64,000 nucleotides of DNA from Opitutia bacterium UBA953 (GTDB lineage Bacteria; Verrucomicrobiota; Verrucomicrobiia; Opitutales; UBA953): the NCBI GenBank assembly GCA_002293125.1, contig DBCR01000018.1, forward strand, positions 10,602-74,601, in the 5' to 3' direction. Made by a program: the position numbers and the translations under genes. The notes under the pieces are model-generated. The model saw only the letters and a list, made by a program, of their open reading frames with translations, did no database searches and was not told the origin of the DNA. The first letter of the stretch is position 1. The number at the start of each line of letters is the position of its first letter. Shown here in pieces: positions 9,865 through 21,381 of this stretch.

Positions 9865-11133
9865 ATGCTGGATTCCAAGTTCCTCCGCGAAAACATCGAC
9901 CTCGTCCGCAAGGGCGTCGCCCGGAAGAAGTTCCAGGTCGACCTCGACGCCGTGCTGGCCGCCGACGAAGCCCGCCGCCACGCGGTGGCGGAGTTCGAGG
10001 TCGCCCGTTCCGCGCAGAACGCCGCGAACAAGGAGATGGCCGCGATGCCGAAGGGCTCGCCGGAATTCCAGGCCAAGGTCGCCGAGATGAAGTCCGCTTC
10101 CGCCAAGGTGAAGGAGCTGGAGAAGAAGGTCTCGGAGGCCGAAGAGCAGATGAAGGTCGTCGCGCTTTCCGTGCCGAACATCCCGCACGATAGCGTGCCC
10201 GAAGGCCGCACCGAGGCCGACAACAAGGTCATCCTCGAATGGGGCGACCACGCGAAGCTCATCTCCCCCGCGGCCAAGCCGCACTGGGACATCGCCTGGT
10301 TCAGCAAGGCGATCGACTTCGAACGCGGCGTCAAGGTCACCGGCGCGGGCTTCCCGTTCTATATCGGCGACATGGCCCGCCTGGTCCGTGCGCTGATCCA
10401 GTACTTCCTCGAAGAAGCCGGCGCCAACGGCTACACCGAGGTCCACGCCCCGTTGCTCGTCAACGCCGCCTCCGCCACCGCCACCGGCCAGCTGCCCGAC
10501 AAGGAGGGGCAGATGTACCACGCGCAGACCGACGATTTCTACCTGATCCCGACGGCCGAGGTGCCCGTCACGAACTTCTTCCGCGACGAGATCCTCGACG
10601 AGGCCTCCCTGCCGGTGAAGCGTGTCGGCTACACGCCGTGTTTCCGCCGCGAAGCAGGTAGCTGGGGTGCGCATGTGCGCGGCCTGAACCGTCTGCACCA
10701 GTTCGACAAGGTCGAGCTCGTGAAGTGGACGCACCCCGACAAGTCCTTCGAAGAACTCGAGCTCCTGCGTGGCGACGCCGAGCGCTTGCTCCAGAAGCTC
10801 AACCTGCCGTACCGCGTGCTGATGATCTGTGCCGGCGACATCGGCTTCTCCCACAGCAAGCAGTATGACCTCGAGGTGTGGGCTGGCGGCCAGAAGCGCT
10901 GGCTCGAGGTCTCGAGTTGCTCCAACTTTACCGACTTCCAGGCCCGACGTGCGGGGATACGATTCCGCCCGAAGGATGGAAAGCCGGAGTTCGTACACAC
11001 CCTTAACGGTTCCGGCCTCGGTCTGCCCCGCGTCCTCGCCGCCATCTTGGAGAATAATCTCCAGGCTGACGGTACCGTCCGCGTGCCCGAGGCGCTCCGT
11101 CGCTGGTACGGCAAGGACACGCTGTCGTTCTGA
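9865..11133 (+). CDS. serS: Seryl-tRNA synthetase
   Basis: MLDSKFLREN N-terminus, class II motif 2 TPCFRREAGSWG and motif 3 GSGLGLPRVLAAILEN. Confidence 0.95.
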   Translation: MLDSKFLRENIDLVRKGVARKKFQVDLDAVLAADEARRHAVAEFEVARSAQNAANKEMAAMPKGSPEFQAKVAEMKSASAKVKELEKKVSEAEEQMKVVALSVPNIPHDSVPEGRTEADNKVILEWGDHAKLISPAAKPHWDIAWFSKAIDFERGVKVTGAGFPFYIGDMARLVRALIQYFLEEAGANGYTEVHAPLLVNAASATATGQLPDKEGQMYHAQTDDFYLIPTAEVPVTNFFRDEILDEASLPVKRVGYTPCFRREAGSWGAHVRGLNRLHQFDKVELVKWTHPDKSFEELELLRGDAERLLQKLNLPYRVLMICAGDIGFSHSKQYDLEVWAGGQKRWLEVSSCSNFTDFQARRAGIRFRPKDGKPEFVHTLNGSGLGLPRVLAAILENNLQADGTVRVPEALRRWYGKDTLSF

Positions 11134-11186
11134 CGTTCGCTTTGGATTGGCAGGGCTTCGGTGTGACGTAGTCTGACCGCGTGCCG

Positions 11187-12575
11187 ATGAGCCTGCCCAC
11201 TCCCGATGCCTTGCGCGCGGCTGCTTTACGTTTGCCACGCTTGCCGTCGGCACCGGCCTCGTCCGGCCCCATTGCCGTCGCGGTTTCGGGCGGCGCGGAT
11301 TCGGTCTACTTGCTCTGTGCGCTCTGGGCGGACGAAGGCGTGCGGCGGAGATTACACGTCCTACACTTCGATCACCGGGCGCGGGGCGAAGCTTCGGCGG
11401 AGGACGCGCGTTTCGTCTTGGCCCTATGCGCCGCCCTCGACGTAACTTGCGTGCTTGGAATGAGGGCAGAGCAGGGGGGCGCTTCGGAGGCGGACCTGCG
11501 TTCGGCCCGCGACGCGTTCTTCGCCGAACAGCGTCAGGCTCTTGGTTTCGAACTGCTTTGCACCGCACATCATCTCGACGACGTCGTCGAGAACGCACTG
11601 CTCCGCCTTGCTCGCGGCGCTGGGCTCGCCGGACTCGCCGCCCCGCGGGTACTGCAGGACTTCCGCGATGCCCATCGCCGCTGGCGTCCGCTGATCGCCG
11701 CAGGCATCGCGAAGCCCGCCTTGCTGGCTTCGCTTCAGACCGCTGGCATCCCTTGGCGTGAAGATGCGACGAACGTTCTGCCCATCGCGGCCCGCAATCG
11801 CATCCGTGCTTGGCTCGCCGAGGGCGGCGAAGCGGCCTTGGGCGCAGGATATGCCGATGGGTTCGCGCGTTCTGCCCGCATTATCGGTGAGGCCCAGGCG
11901 GCCTTGGTCTGCTGGGCCCGGGAGCTGGGTTGTGTCATTCGTTCCGACGGCACCATGCCCGTCTCCTCGTTGCGTGGCCGACCTGAGTCCTTGGCCCAGG
12001 AGTGCTTGCGGGAGTTTCTCCATCACCATGAAATCTCCGACCCCGGCACGAAATCACTTTTACCGCTCACCTCGGCGATTGTCGTCGGGAGTGACGCCCA
12101 ATCCGCCGTGCGCGGGATCGTCGTGCGGGTGAAGGGCGGAGAACTTTCTGTTCTGAAGGAGATGGCACCCTTCGGTCCGGATGAGCGGTGCTTGCTGATG
12201 GGTTCGCCTGATGACGAAGGCGGCTTGCTTGCCGAAATCGTGGAAGTCGACGCGACCCTGTGGGCAAGCCTGTGCCGCGGCGAAATCTCCCCTGCGAAGG
12301 AGGTCTACGTCGTGGCGCCGGTTGAGGCGCTTGTTTGGCGAGGGCGAAAGGAAGGCGATCGCTATCAGCCGCTCGGCACATCCGGGTCGGCCAAACTGTC
12401 GGACCTTCTCATCAACCGTAAAATCCCCGCGGAAAGGCGGGAAGCCCTCCCGGTGGTGTTGGCCGGTTCCGAGATTCTCTGGGTGCCGGGCCTGCCGCCA
12501 GCCGAGTCCGGCCGTCTGGCCGGGCCTACGAAGGGGGCTCTCCGGTTGACTTGGCTTGGCCTCTGCTTAAGTTAA
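11187..12575 (+). CDS. tilS: tRNA(Ile)-lysidine synthase
   Basis: PP-loop AVSGGADSVYLL and the conserved tilS-ftsH order. The start may be the GTG at 11181 or the ATG at 11187. Confidence 0.85.
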   Translation: MSLPTPDALRAAALRLPRLPSAPASSGPIAVAVSGGADSVYLLCALWADEGVRRRLHVLHFDHRARGEASAEDARFVLALCAALDVTCVLGMRAEQGGASEADLRSARDAFFAEQRQALGFELLCTAHHLDDVVENALLRLARGAGLAGLAAPRVLQDFRDAHRRWRPLIAAGIAKPALLASLQTAGIPWREDATNVLPIAARNRIRAWLAEGGEAALGAGYADGFARSARIIGEAQAALVCWARELGCVIRSDGTMPVSSLRGRPESLAQECLREFLHHHEISDPGTKSLLPLTSAIVVGSDAQSAVRGIVVRVKGGELSVLKEMAPFGPDERCLLMGSPDDEGGLLAEIVEVDATLWASLCRGEISPAKEVYVVAPVEALVWRGRKEGDRYQPLGTSGSAKLSDLLINRKIPAERREALPVVLAGSEILWVPGLPPAESGRLAGPTKGALRLTWLGLCLS

Positions 12576-12586
12576 ACCTTCTGCCC

Positions 12587-14587
12587 ATGAGTCAAAACGA
12601 CCAGCCGGATGATAATAAAAACGGTCCCCGCTTGAACGCCAAACCCGTGCTGGTCTGGCTGCTTTTGATGGCCGCCATCATCGCCCTTTTCAATTTTCCG
12701 GGCGCGGAGTCCCGTAACGCCGTCCAGAAGCTGGAGGTTACCCAGGTGCTCGCTTACGCCCAGGAGAAGAAGATCAAGAACCTTACGATTCAGCCTAACC
12801 CGACCGGCGGTAACAATCGCTGGGTACACATCACGGGAGAACTCGAAGTCGCGGGCGCCAAGGAAGACGAAAAGACGCGCTTCTTCGCCGATGGCAGTCT
12901 GACCGAAAAGGCATTCGAGGCGCTCCAAGCTTCCGTCTCTCGCGACTCTTTTAAGGAACTTCCCGCCCAGACGGGTTGGACGATGTTCCTCTACAACGTC
13001 CTGCCCACGCTCCTCATCTCGGGGGTGGTGCTGTTCATGATGTACCGGTTCCTTAAGAACGCCAACCGCGGCGCGATGCAGTTCGCGAAATCCCGCGCGC
13101 GTCTTAACTCCACCGATAAGGAATCCACGACCTTCAAGGACGTCGCGGGCTGCGATGAGGCCAAGGAAGAGGTGAAGGAGATCGTCGACTTCCTGAAGGA
13201 CCCTAAGCGTTTCACCAAGATCGGCGCGAACATCCCGAAGGGGGTGCTGATGGTTGGCCCTCCTGGCACGGGTAAGACCCTGCTCGCCCGCGCCGTCGCC
13301 GGCGAGGCCGGCGTGCCTTTCCTCAGCATCAGCGGGTCGGATTTCGTCGAGATGTTCGTCGGCGTCGGGGCCGCCCGCGTGCGCGACACCTTTGAACAGG
13401 CCCGCAAACTCGCCCCCTGCATCATCTTCATCGATGAGATCGACGCGGTCGGTCGCCAGCGCGGCGCTGGTGTCGGCGGCGGCAACGACGAACGCGAGCA
13501 GACCCTCAACTCCTTGCTCGTCGAGATGGATGGTTTCGATGGCCAGGCTGGCGTGATCGTCATCGGCGCCACCAACCGCTCCGACGTCCTCGACTCCGCC
13601 TTGCTCCGTCCGGGCCGCTTCGATCGCCAAGTCTTCGTCGACCTGCCCGACTTGCGTGGTCGCGAGGCCGTCCTGGCCGTGCACGCCAAGCGTTTCCAGC
13701 TCGCTCCGTCCGTCGACCTGCAGCGCGTCGCGCGCATCACGACCGGCATGTCCGGCGCCGATCTGGCCAATCTCCTCAACGAAGGCGCGCTCCATGCGGG
13801 CCGTCGCAATCGCGAGAAGGTCGAGATGTCGGACATCGAGGAAGCCCGCGACAAGATTGCTTACGGCCGCGAGCGCAAGAAGGTCATGGACGAGTCCGAC
13901 CTTAAGAACACCGCTTACCACGAGGCTGGGCACGCCGTGGTGCAGGCCCTCATCGACGACGGCGCGCTGCCTCTCCACAAGGTCACCATCATCCCGCGCG
14001 GACGCGCCCTCGGCATGGCTATGCTCATGCCGACCAAGGAAATCCTCGGTTACTCCCGCAAGCGCCTGCTCGATTACATCTGCATGGCCATGGCTGGCCG
14101 CATCGGCGAGAAGGTGATCTCTGGCGAGATCTCCAACGGGGCCTCGAGCGACATCAAGCAAGCCACGCGTTTCGCACGCCAGATGGTCTGCGACTGGGGC
14201 ATGAGCGACCTAGGTCCCATCGCCTTCGGCGAAAATTCGGACACCGTCTTCCTTGGTCGTGAGATTTCGCGCACCCAGAATCACAGCGACGCCACCGCGC
14301 GCCGTATCGATGAGGCCATCTCCGCCATCGTGCAGGAGCAGTACGCCCGCGCCGAGAAGCTCATCGCCGACAACGCCGAAGCCCACCGCAAGATCGCCGA
14401 GGCGCTTCTGCTGTACGAGACCCTCGACGGCGTGCACGTGATGGAAATCCTGAAGACTGGTTCCATCCAGACGCCCATCGCCGGTCCCGTCGTGGCGGCT
14501 GCTCCGGCGGCGGACGTCGCCCACTCTCCGGCTAGCCCAGCCGCCGACGCTGGTCCCGGCCTGCAGTCCTCGCCCAGCCCCGCTTGA
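12587..14587 (+). CDS. ftsH: ATP-dependent zinc metalloprotease FtsH
   Basis: Walker [15 protein letters not shown] second region of homology, and HEAGHA zinc motif. I chose the ATG at 12587 (MSQNDQ) over the TTG at 12551. Confidence 0.95.
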   Translation: MSQNDQPDDNKNGPRLNAKPVLVWLLLMAAIIALFNFPGAESRNAVQKLEVTQVLAYAQEKKIKNLTIQPNPTGGNNRWVHITGELEVAGAKEDEKTRFFADGSLTEKAFEALQASVSRDSFKELPAQTGWTMFLYNVLPTLLISGVVLFMMYRFLKNANRGAMQFAKSRARLNSTDKESTTFKDVAGCDEAKEEVKEIVDFLKDPKRFTKIGANIPKGVLMVGPPGTGKTLLARAVAGEAGVPFLSISGSDFVEMFVGVGAARVRDTFEQARKLAPCIIFIDEIDAVGRQRGAGVGGGNDEREQTLNSLLVEMDGFDGQAGVIVIGATNRSDVLDSALLRPGRFDRQVFVDLPDLRGREAVLAVHAKRFQLAPSVDLQRVARITTGMSGADLANLLNEGALHAGRRNREKVEMSDIEEARDKIAYGRERKKVMDESDLKNTAYHEAGHAVVQALIDDGALPLHKVTIIPRGRALGMAMLMPTKEILGYSRKRLLDYICMAMAGRIGEKVISGEISNGASSDIKQATRFARQMVCDWGMSDLGPIAFGENSDTVFLGREISRTQNHSDATARRIDEAISAIVQEQYARAEKLIADNAEAHRKIAEALLLYETLDGVHVMEILKTGSIQTPIAGPVVAAAPAADVAHSPASPAADAGPGLQSSPSPA

Positions 14588-14624
14588 GGTTTGCCCTCGG
14601 CTGGCCGGGAAGGTAGGGTGGGGC

Positions 14625-15200
14625 ATGGTCATCGGACTCACGGGCGGTATCGGCTGCGGTAAATCCGCGGCGGCCGCCTGCTTTGCCGAGCTCGGCTTCA
14701 ACGTGGTCGACGCCGATCAACTGGCGCGGCAGGTGTTGGAGTCCGCTCGTTGCATGAGCCAGCTGCGGGCCCGTTGGGGCGACGCCTGCCTGGGGGCGGA
14801 GGGCCGGCCTAATCGCCGATGGATCGCGACCAAAGTTTTCGACGACCCGGCGGAACGGGCCTTCCTCGAGGGCCTGACGCATCCCGAGGTGGCCCGACTT
14901 CGGCAGGCGGCCGTGGTAGATACGAAACGGCATCACGTGGTCGAGATTCCGCTCCTTTTTGAAAAAAACCTGACGACAGGATTCGAGTTCATCGTGTGCG
15001 TCGCTTGCTCCGAAGAGACACGTCGGTCCCGCCTGCTTAAAAAGGGCCTCGCCGATGAGGATATTTCACGCCGTACCGCTTCACAAATGCCTCTTGCGGA
15101 GAAGGTTAAGCGCTCGGATGTCGTCTTTTGGAACGACGGTGAGCTGGAATTCCTGCGTGCGCAGGTCGCGGTGCTGGTCGACCGGCTTCCAGTCGCGTAA
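14625..15200 (+). CDS. coaE: Dephospho-CoA kinase
   Basis: MVIGLTGGIGCGKS P-loop at the N-terminus. 191 aa. Confidence 0.9.
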   Translation: MVIGLTGGIGCGKSAAAACFAELGFNVVDADQLARQVLESARCMSQLRARWGDACLGAEGRPNRRWIATKVFDDPAERAFLEGLTHPEVARLRQAAVVDTKRHHVVEIPLLFEKNLTTGFEFIVCVACSEETRRSRLLKKGLADEDISRRTASQMPLAEKVKRSDVVFWNDGELEFLRAQVAVLVDRLPVA

Positions 15201-15267
15201 ATACGGCCATCTTTGGTTAATTTGCGGTTGCGGGCAAGGTGCCCCGATTTAGGGTGATTTTTCCCCA

Positions 15268-17052
15268 TTGTTCTCCTCTCTGAGGAACAATCTCCCTACC
15301 CTATCTTCCGCTCCGGATTTCCCCACTGTGACGACCGCCGACGACTACGTCATCCAATTCATTCAGGACAAGGGACTGGTGTCTCTTGCCGATGTGACCG
15401 AGGCCCGCGCCGCCATTGAGCCCGTCCCGGATGGCCAGAATGCCGACACCCTCGCCATCGCCAAGTTGGTCGAGACTAACAAGGTCGCGTGGACTAAGAT
15501 TACGTCCGCCCTCAGCCAGGAGTTCGACATGGAAATCGTGGATGTCGCGCAGGTCACGCCCTCCGATGACATCCTGAAGCTCATCAGCCGCGAACAGGCC
15601 GAGAAACATAACATCCTGCCGCTCCAGATGGACGGTACCGAGCTGCTCTTGGCTATCTCGGATCCGCTCGACACGGAGACCATCGATTCCATCTCGCGCG
15701 TGCTCAAGCTCGCCATCAACCCCAAGCTGGCTCCACCGGACGCCCTAAAGGAAGCCATTTCACGCTGTTATAACGGCGGTCAGATTGGCGGGTCCAATTC
15801 CTATTCCGACATCCTGGGCAAGGGCGGCGACGACGGCCTATCCGTCGAGCTCCCGCAAGGCGGCGACGTCAAGGAAGACGACGCGCCGATCATTCGTTAC
15901 GTCAACTCGCTCATCGTCGACGCCATCCGTCGCAAGGCTTCAGACATCCACCTCGAGCCTCTGGAGAAGCGTTTCCGAGTCCGTTTCCGTGTCGACGGCG
16001 TCCTGCAAGAGATGAAGGGCCCGCCCAAGCGTCTCCAACCTTCGATCATCTCCCGACTCAAGCTCATGGCGGAAGTCTCGCTCGCCGAGAAGCGGATTCC
16101 GCAGGACGGACGCATCCAGGCCCGCACCGGTGGACGCGACATCGACTTGCGCGTCTCGGTGCTCCCGACCGTCTACGGCGAATCGATCGTCATGCGAATC
16201 CTGGACAAGGAGGGCCTCAAGCTGGGCCTCCCGGAGCTGGGTTTCTTCGCCGACGACCAAGCCAAGTTCCAGGGCCTGATCTCGGGCTCGGATGGCGTCT
16301 TCCTTGTCACCGGTCCGACCGGTTCGGGTAAGTCCACCACGCTTTATTCGGCCCTGAACTACATCAACAAGCCGGACCGGAAGATCATCACCGTCGAAGA
16401 TCCCGTCGAATACCAGATGGCCGGCATTAACCAGGTGCAGGTGAAGCGCGATGTCGGGATGACCTTCGCCGCCGCCCTGCGTGCCATGCTTCGACAGGCG
16501 CCTAACATCGTGATGATCGGTGAAATCCGAGATTTAGAGACGGCGGAAATCGCGGTCAACGCGGCCCTCACCGGCCACATGGTGTTCTCGACCCTGCACA
16601 CCAATGACTCCGTCAGCTCCGTCACCCGACTCGTCGATATCGGCGTCAAGCCCTTCCTCGTGTCCGCTGCCTTGCGCGGCGCGCTCGCGCAGCGGCTGGT
16701 GCGTCGCAATTGCCAGGCTTGCGCGGCCCCTTATAAGCCGACCACGAAGGAACTTTATTCCATCGGCATGACGGAGCAGGACCTCGCCAGCGCCACGCCC
16801 ATGAAGGGCGCCGGCTGCCCGAAGTGCGGCGAGCGTGGCTACAAGGGCCGTCGCGGCGTCTTCGAGCTTTTTGTCATCACCGAGGAGGTTCAGGAGATGA
16901 TTTACGGCGGCTCCAACCTCGTCGACCTCCGCCGTAAGGCCCGCGAGGCTGGCATGCGCACCATGCGCGAAGACGGCCAGCGTAAGGTCGCCTCGGGCAT
17001 GACCACCATCGAGGAAGTGCTCGGTGCCACCGTCGCCGACGACATCATCTGA
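15268..17052 (+). CDS. Type IV pilus assembly / T2SS ATPase, PilB/GspE family (copy 1)
   Basis: N-terminal T2SSE_N-like domain, Walker [13 protein letters not shown], and tetracysteine CQAC...[17 protein letters not shown]. The start is a TTG and is uncertain. Confidence 0.85.
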   Translation: MFSSLRNNLPTLSSAPDFPTVTTADDYVIQFIQDKGLVSLADVTEARAAIEPVPDGQNADTLAIAKLVETNKVAWTKITSALSQEFDMEIVDVAQVTPSDDILKLISREQAEKHNILPLQMDGTELLLAISDPLDTETIDSISRVLKLAINPKLAPPDALKEAISRCYNGGQIGGSNSYSDILGKGGDDGLSVELPQGGDVKEDDAPIIRYVNSLIVDAIRRKASDIHLEPLEKRFRVRFRVDGVLQEMKGPPKRLQPSIISRLKLMAEVSLAEKRIPQDGRIQARTGGRDIDLRVSVLPTVYGESIVMRILDKEGLKLGLPELGFFADDQAKFQGLISGSDGVFLVTGPTGSGKSTTLYSALNYINKPDRKIITVEDPVEYQMAGINQVQVKRDVGMTFAAALRAMLRQAPNIVMIGEIRDLETAEIAVNAALTGHMVFSTLHTNDSVSSVTRLVDIGVKPFLVSAALRGALAQRLVRRNCQACAAPYKPTTKELYSIGMTEQDLASATPMKGAGCPKCGERGYKGRRGVFELFVITEEVQEMIYGGSNLVDLRRKAREAGMRTMREDGQRKVASGMTTIEEVLGATVADDII

Positions 17053-17056
17053 CCCT

Positions 17057-18130
17057 ATGGCCTACGAGATGAACCAGTTGCTGGAGGCCATGATCGAGAA
17101 TGGCGCTTCGGACTTGCACATCCGCGTGGGCCGTTCCCCCAGTCTCCGCGTCAACGGCGAAATCATCTCCATCGACGGGCCGGCCCTGACGGAGGCCGAG
17201 GCCAAGACTATGGTCATGGCCATCGTTCCGCCGGGTCAGGTCGCGCGCCTTGCGGCCGATGGCGGCTGCGATTTCGCCTTCTCCTTCCGCGACAAGATAC
17301 GCCTGCGCGTCAACGCGTTCCGCGGCCTCGGCGGCCATGGCATGGTGCTGCGCTTGCTGCCGTCGGCGATGTTCACGCTCGAGCAGCTGCGGCTTCCGCC
17401 GGTCATCAAGGATATCCTCACCCGCTCGCGCGGCCTGGTGCTCGTGACTGGCCCCACCGGCTCCGGTAAGTCGACCACGCTCGCCTCGATGATCAACTGG
17501 ATCAACGAGAACGAACAAGGGCATATCATCACGATCGAGGATCCGATCGAGTACACCCATGCCCATAAGAACTGCCTGATCACGCAGCGCGAAGTCGGGG
17601 CTGACCTGCCTTCCTTCGCGGAAGGGGTACGTTCCGCGCTCCGTCAGGACCCCGACGTCATCCTCATCGGCGAGATGCGCGACCTCGAGACCATCGAGGC
17701 CGCCGTCACCGCCGCGGAGACGGGTCACCTCGTCCTTGGCACGCTCCACACCTCTGGCGCCACGCGCACGGTCGACCGTATCATCGACGCTTTCCCGGCG
17801 TCCGCCCGCGATCAGATTCGCGCCCAGCTTTCCACTTCCCTTAGCGCCGTGATCTCGCAGTGCCTGCTGCATACCACCGACGACAAGCGGGTCGCGGCGT
17901 TCGAGATCATGCTGCGCACCGACGCCATCGGCGCGAAGATTCGCGAGGGCAAGACCTACCAGCTGCTCACCGATATCGAGACCGGTGGCGCCCGCGGCAT
18001 GCGCACCCTCGACAGCGATCTGCTCGCTCTTTTCTTCCAAGGCACCGTGTCCGAGGAGGTAGTCTTCAATTACTGCCAGAGCCCCGAGGCCATGCGCGAG
18101 CGCATGCGCGGCGGGGCCGCGGCGCGTTAA
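17057..18130 (+). CDS. pilT: Twitching-motility retraction ATPase PilT
   Basis: ASDLHIRVG, Walker [23 protein letters not shown] and [11 protein letters not shown] (AIRNLIRE-like). It is short (357 aa) and lacks the N-terminal GspE domain. ATG at 17057. Confidence 0.9.
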   Translation: MAYEMNQLLEAMIENGASDLHIRVGRSPSLRVNGEIISIDGPALTEAEAKTMVMAIVPPGQVARLAADGGCDFAFSFRDKIRLRVNAFRGLGGHGMVLRLLPSAMFTLEQLRLPPVIKDILTRSRGLVLVTGPTGSGKSTTLASMINWINENEQGHIITIEDPIEYTHAHKNCLITQREVGADLPSFAEGVRSALRQDPDVILIGEMRDLETIEAAVTAAETGHLVLGTLHTSGATRTVDRIIDAFPASARDQIRAQLSTSLSAVISQCLLHTTDDKRVAAFEIMLRTDAIGAKIREGKTYQLLTDIETGGARGMRTLDSDLLALFFQGTVSEEVVFNYCQSPEAMRERMRGGAAAR

Positions 18131-18161
18131 AACCCTCCCCAACTCCTTTCCCTCCATTCCC

Positions 18162-19844
18162 ATGTTCGACGACCACAGTGACGTGATCCGTGATATCGCC
18201 CTCGAGGCCGGCCTCGTGACGCCTGCCCAGGCCGAGGAGATCTGGGAGTCCCACGCCACTACCGGAAAGTCGTTCAGCGATAGCCTCATGGACGCCGGGC
18301 TGGCTGACCGCCCGACCATCTTGCAGGCCATCGCCGACCACCTTCAGGTCCAGTTCTATTCCGCCGTGCCGGCCGACCCGGGTGAAGCCCTGACCAAGCT
18401 GCTGAAGGCGCCGCAGGCCCACAAGTATGTCGTGCTGCCCGTCGCTGACGAGGCCGGCAAACTCACGCTCCTTGCGAAGGACCCTTTCAATTCGTCCGTC
18501 ATCAGCGAACTCAGCTTCATCCTGCAGAAGGATATCGAACTGGCCGTGGCCGACCCGGCGCAGGTCGAGGCCGCCGTCACGCGGGTCTACGGCGAAGCCA
18601 CTTCCGCTTCGATGGAAGAGCTGCTGGGCGAATTCGGCGAAGTCGATGCCGCCGCCGTCACCGACGAGGATGTCACCAAGCAGGCCAGCCAAGCTCCGAT
18701 CATCCGCTTCGTCGACCTCGTGCTCCAGGAGGGCGTCAAGGCCAAGGCGTCGGACATCCACTTCGAGCCGTTTGAGCACGAGTTCCGCATCCGTCTCCGC
18801 ATTGACGGCTCGCTGTACGAAATGGCACCTCCGCCCAAGAACCTTGCCTCGGCCGTCATCGCCCGTGTCAAAGTCCTCTCTTCGCTCAACATCGCCGAGC
18901 GACGCGTGCCGCAGGACGGTCGCATCAAGACCACCATCAGCGGCCGCCAGATCGACCTGCGCGTGTCGACGTTGCCGACCCAGTTTGGTGAATCCGTGGT
19001 GCTCCGAATCCTAGATAAGACCGTCGTCAACTTGAGCCTCGAGGCTCTCTCGATGCACGACGATATCAAGGAAGGCATCCGCGCGATGGTCAGCCGACCT
19101 AACGGCATCTTTATCGTCACCGGCCCGACTGGTTCCGGCAAGACGACCACGCTTTACTCGGCGCTCCGCGAGGTGAACACCGAGGACGTCAAGATCCTTA
19201 CCGCCGAAGACCCCGTCGAATACGAAGTCGAAGGCATCATGCAGGTGCCGATCAATCACCAAGTCGGGCTGACCTTCGCCGCCGCGCTCCGCTCGTTTCT
19301 CCGACAGGATCCGGACACCATCATGGTCGGTGAAATCCGAGATCTCGAGACCGCGCAAATCGCCGTGCAGGCCTCGCTGACCGGCCACGTCGTACTTTCC
19401 ACGCTCCACACCAACGATGCCCCCGGCGCCGTCACCCGACTCATCGACATGGGGCTGGAGCCGTTCCTCATCTCGGCGTCCCTCGAGGGCGTACTGGCCC
19501 AGCGTCTGCTCCGTCGCGTCTGCAAGACCTGCCGCACGGCCTACGAGCCAGATAAGGACGTCGTCAATATGCTCGATGTCGATGCGCTCGAGATTGCTAA
19601 CAAGAAATTCTACTACGGCAAAGGCTGCGCCGACTGTAATCGCTCCGGTTACAAGGGCCGCCAAGGCCTCTTCGAACTGATGACGATCACCGACCAGCTC
19701 CGCTCGCTCATCACCCAGAAGGCCCCGACGCTCGTCCTCAAGCAGAAGGCGATCGAGTCGGGGATGCGTCCGCTCCGTGAAGACGGCCTGCGCTGCATCT
19801 TCGACGGCCATACCTCCATCGAGGAAGTCCTTAAGTATACCTAA
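18162..19844 (+). CDS. Type IV pilus assembly / T2SS ATPase, PilB/GspE family (copy 2)
   Basis: Second full-length paralogue. It has a T2SSE_N-like N-terminus, Walker [13 protein letters not shown], and tetracysteine CKTC...[17 protein letters not shown]. Confidence 0.85.
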   Translation: MFDDHSDVIRDIALEAGLVTPAQAEEIWESHATTGKSFSDSLMDAGLADRPTILQAIADHLQVQFYSAVPADPGEALTKLLKAPQAHKYVVLPVADEAGKLTLLAKDPFNSSVISELSFILQKDIELAVADPAQVEAAVTRVYGEATSASMEELLGEFGEVDAAAVTDEDVTKQASQAPIIRFVDLVLQEGVKAKASDIHFEPFEHEFRIRLRIDGSLYEMAPPPKNLASAVIARVKVLSSLNIAERRVPQDGRIKTTISGRQIDLRVSTLPTQFGESVVLRILDKTVVNLSLEALSMHDDIKEGIRAMVSRPNGIFIVTGPTGSGKTTTLYSALREVNTEDVKILTAEDPVEYEVEGIMQVPINHQVGLTFAAALRSFLRQDPDTIMVGEIRDLETAQIAVQASLTGHVVLSTLHTNDAPGAVTRLIDMGLEPFLISASLEGVLAQRLLRRVCKTCRTAYEPDKDVVNMLDVDALEIANKKFYYGKGCADCNRSGYKGRQGLFELMTITDQLRSLITQKAPTLVLKQKAIESGMRPLREDGLRCIFDGHTSIEEVLKYT

Positions 19845-19868
19845 CTTTCACAACCCCCCACTACTCCC

Positions 19869-21113
19869 ATGCCCGACTATAAGTACACCGCCATCGACCG
19901 CAACGGGGCGCAGACCTCCGGCAAGATCGAAGCCACCAATGACGAACAGGCCCGCCAGAAGCTCATGGCGAAGGGCCTCATGGTCACCACCCTCGCCAAC
20001 GACGCCGGCTCGGCGAAGCCCGCCGCCGCCCAGGCCGCCCCGGCCAAGGGTGGCTTCACGTTCGGCTCCAAGGTCAGCCAGAATGACGTGACGATCATGA
20101 CGCGTCAGCTGGCGACGCTCATCGTCGCCGGCCTGCCGCTCTTGCGCGCCCTTGAGCTTATCACCAAGCAGGAGCGTAATCCGGCCTTCAAGGTCATCCT
20201 CGCCAATGTCGCCGACAGCGTCTCCCAAGGTAACAATCTTTCCGAGGCCATGCAGGCTCATCCGAAGGTCTTCGACAAGCTCTTCGTCAACATGATCCGC
20301 GCCGGCGAGGCGGGGGGCGTGCTCGACAAGGTCCTCGACCGTCTTGCGAAGTTCCGCGAAAAGGCCGAGCGCATCCAGAAAAAGGTCAAGTCCGCGCTGG
20401 TCTACCCGGGTGTCGTCATGTCCGTGGCCATCATCATCGTCTATATCCTCATGGTGAAGGTCGTCCCTTCTTTCCAGAAGCTCCTCGACGGCCAAAAGAC
20501 GGAGATGCCACCGCTGACGAAGTTGGTCATCGGCATCTCCCAGCTGCTCACGGTCTACTGGTGGGCCACCCCCATCCTCGTGTTCGGTATCTACTTCTTG
20601 CTGAAGCAGTGGTTGTCGACCGAGAAGGGCAAGGAACTCTTCGATCGCATGATTTTCCGTCTGCCCAAGGTCGGGGCCTTCGTGCAAATCGTCTCGGTCT
20701 CGCGGTTCGCCCGCACGTTTGGTACGCTCATGGCTTCCGGGGTGCCGATCTTGCAGTCCATCTCCATCACGCGTGACACGCTCGATAATGTCGTCATCGC
20801 GAAGTCGCTGGAGCGCGTGCATGACCGCGTCCGCGACGGTGAGCCGCTCTCCGTGCCGCTCGAGCAATCCGGCGTCTTCCCGCAGATGGTGACCTCCATG
20901 ATCCAGGTCGGAGAAGAGACGGGCCAGCTGCCTGAGATGCTCAATCGCGTCGCGGACATCTATGACGAAGAAGTGGACAACGCCGTGACCGCGCTGACTT
21001 CCATCATCGAACCGGTGCTCATCGTCTTCCTCGCCGTCGTTGTCGGTGCCATCGTGCTCGCGATGTTCCTCCCGCTCATCGCTCTCATCACCAAGATGAC
21101 CGGCGGCGGCTGA
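19869..21113 (+). CDS. pilC: Type IV pilus / T2SS platform protein, PilC/GspF family
   Basis: 414 aa with a duplicated GspF-type cytoplasmic domain (FVNMIRAGEAGG and MIQVGEETGQLPEML) and three hydrophobic helices. Confidence 0.85.
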   Translation: MPDYKYTAIDRNGAQTSGKIEATNDEQARQKLMAKGLMVTTLANDAGSAKPAAAQAAPAKGGFTFGSKVSQNDVTIMTRQLATLIVAGLPLLRALELITKQERNPAFKVILANVADSVSQGNNLSEAMQAHPKVFDKLFVNMIRAGEAGGVLDKVLDRLAKFREKAERIQKKVKSALVYPGVVMSVAIIIVYILMVKVVPSFQKLLDGQKTEMPPLTKLVIGISQLLTVYWWATPILVFGIYFLLKQWLSTEKGKELFDRMIFRLPKVGAFVQIVSVSRFARTFGTLMASGVPILQSISITRDTLDNVVIAKSLERVHDRVRDGEPLSVPLEQSGVFPQMVTSMIQVGEETGQLPEMLNRVADIYDEEVDNAVTALTSIIEPVLIVFLAVVVGAIVLAMFLPLIALITKMTGGG

Positions 21114-21135
21114 GCTGATTCGAGGAGTCACGACG

Positions 21136-21166
21136 AAGCCCGATCCGCAAGGAGCCGGGCTTTTTC
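21136..21166 (+). terminator. Possible terminator after pilC
   Basis: Imperfect GC stem around a GCAA loop (AAGCCCGATCC-GCAA-GGAGCCGGGCTT) followed by TTTTT. Confidence 0.5.
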
Positions 21167-21201
21167 TTGTCCAGCGCAGGGGAGTGATTCCCCCAAAAAG
21201 G

Positions 21202-21240
21202 AGGCGGCTTGCATACCCCTATGCAAGCCGCCTGTTTTTT
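21202..21240. terminator. Strong bidirectional intrinsic terminator
   Basis: AGGCGGCTTGCAT-ACCCCT-ATGCAAGCCGCCT perfect 13-bp stem. It is flanked by AAAAAG on the left and GTTTTTT on the right, so it has a U-tract on either strand. Confidence 0.8.
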
Positions 21241-21381
21241 ACTGCTTTATCTTACTTACCCCATTGTCCCGTAGGACAAATTTAATATCTGATAACGTGC
21301 AATTAACTGCGGCCGCTTCAAGCCTATTTCTAATCTTTTTAAGCCACTCGTTTAAGTAACTGCCCTTCAAGGGCTTAAAAT

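Noticed and set aside
15268-19844. c-di-GMP-binding MshEN motif in the N-termini of the two PilB-like ATPases.
   Set aside because: The segments [21 protein letters not shown] and [21 protein letters not shown] only loosely resemble the RLGxxLLxxGLIxxxxLxxxLxxQ consensus. The leading RLG is missing and the spacing is off by one in copy 1. This is not enough to claim the motif.
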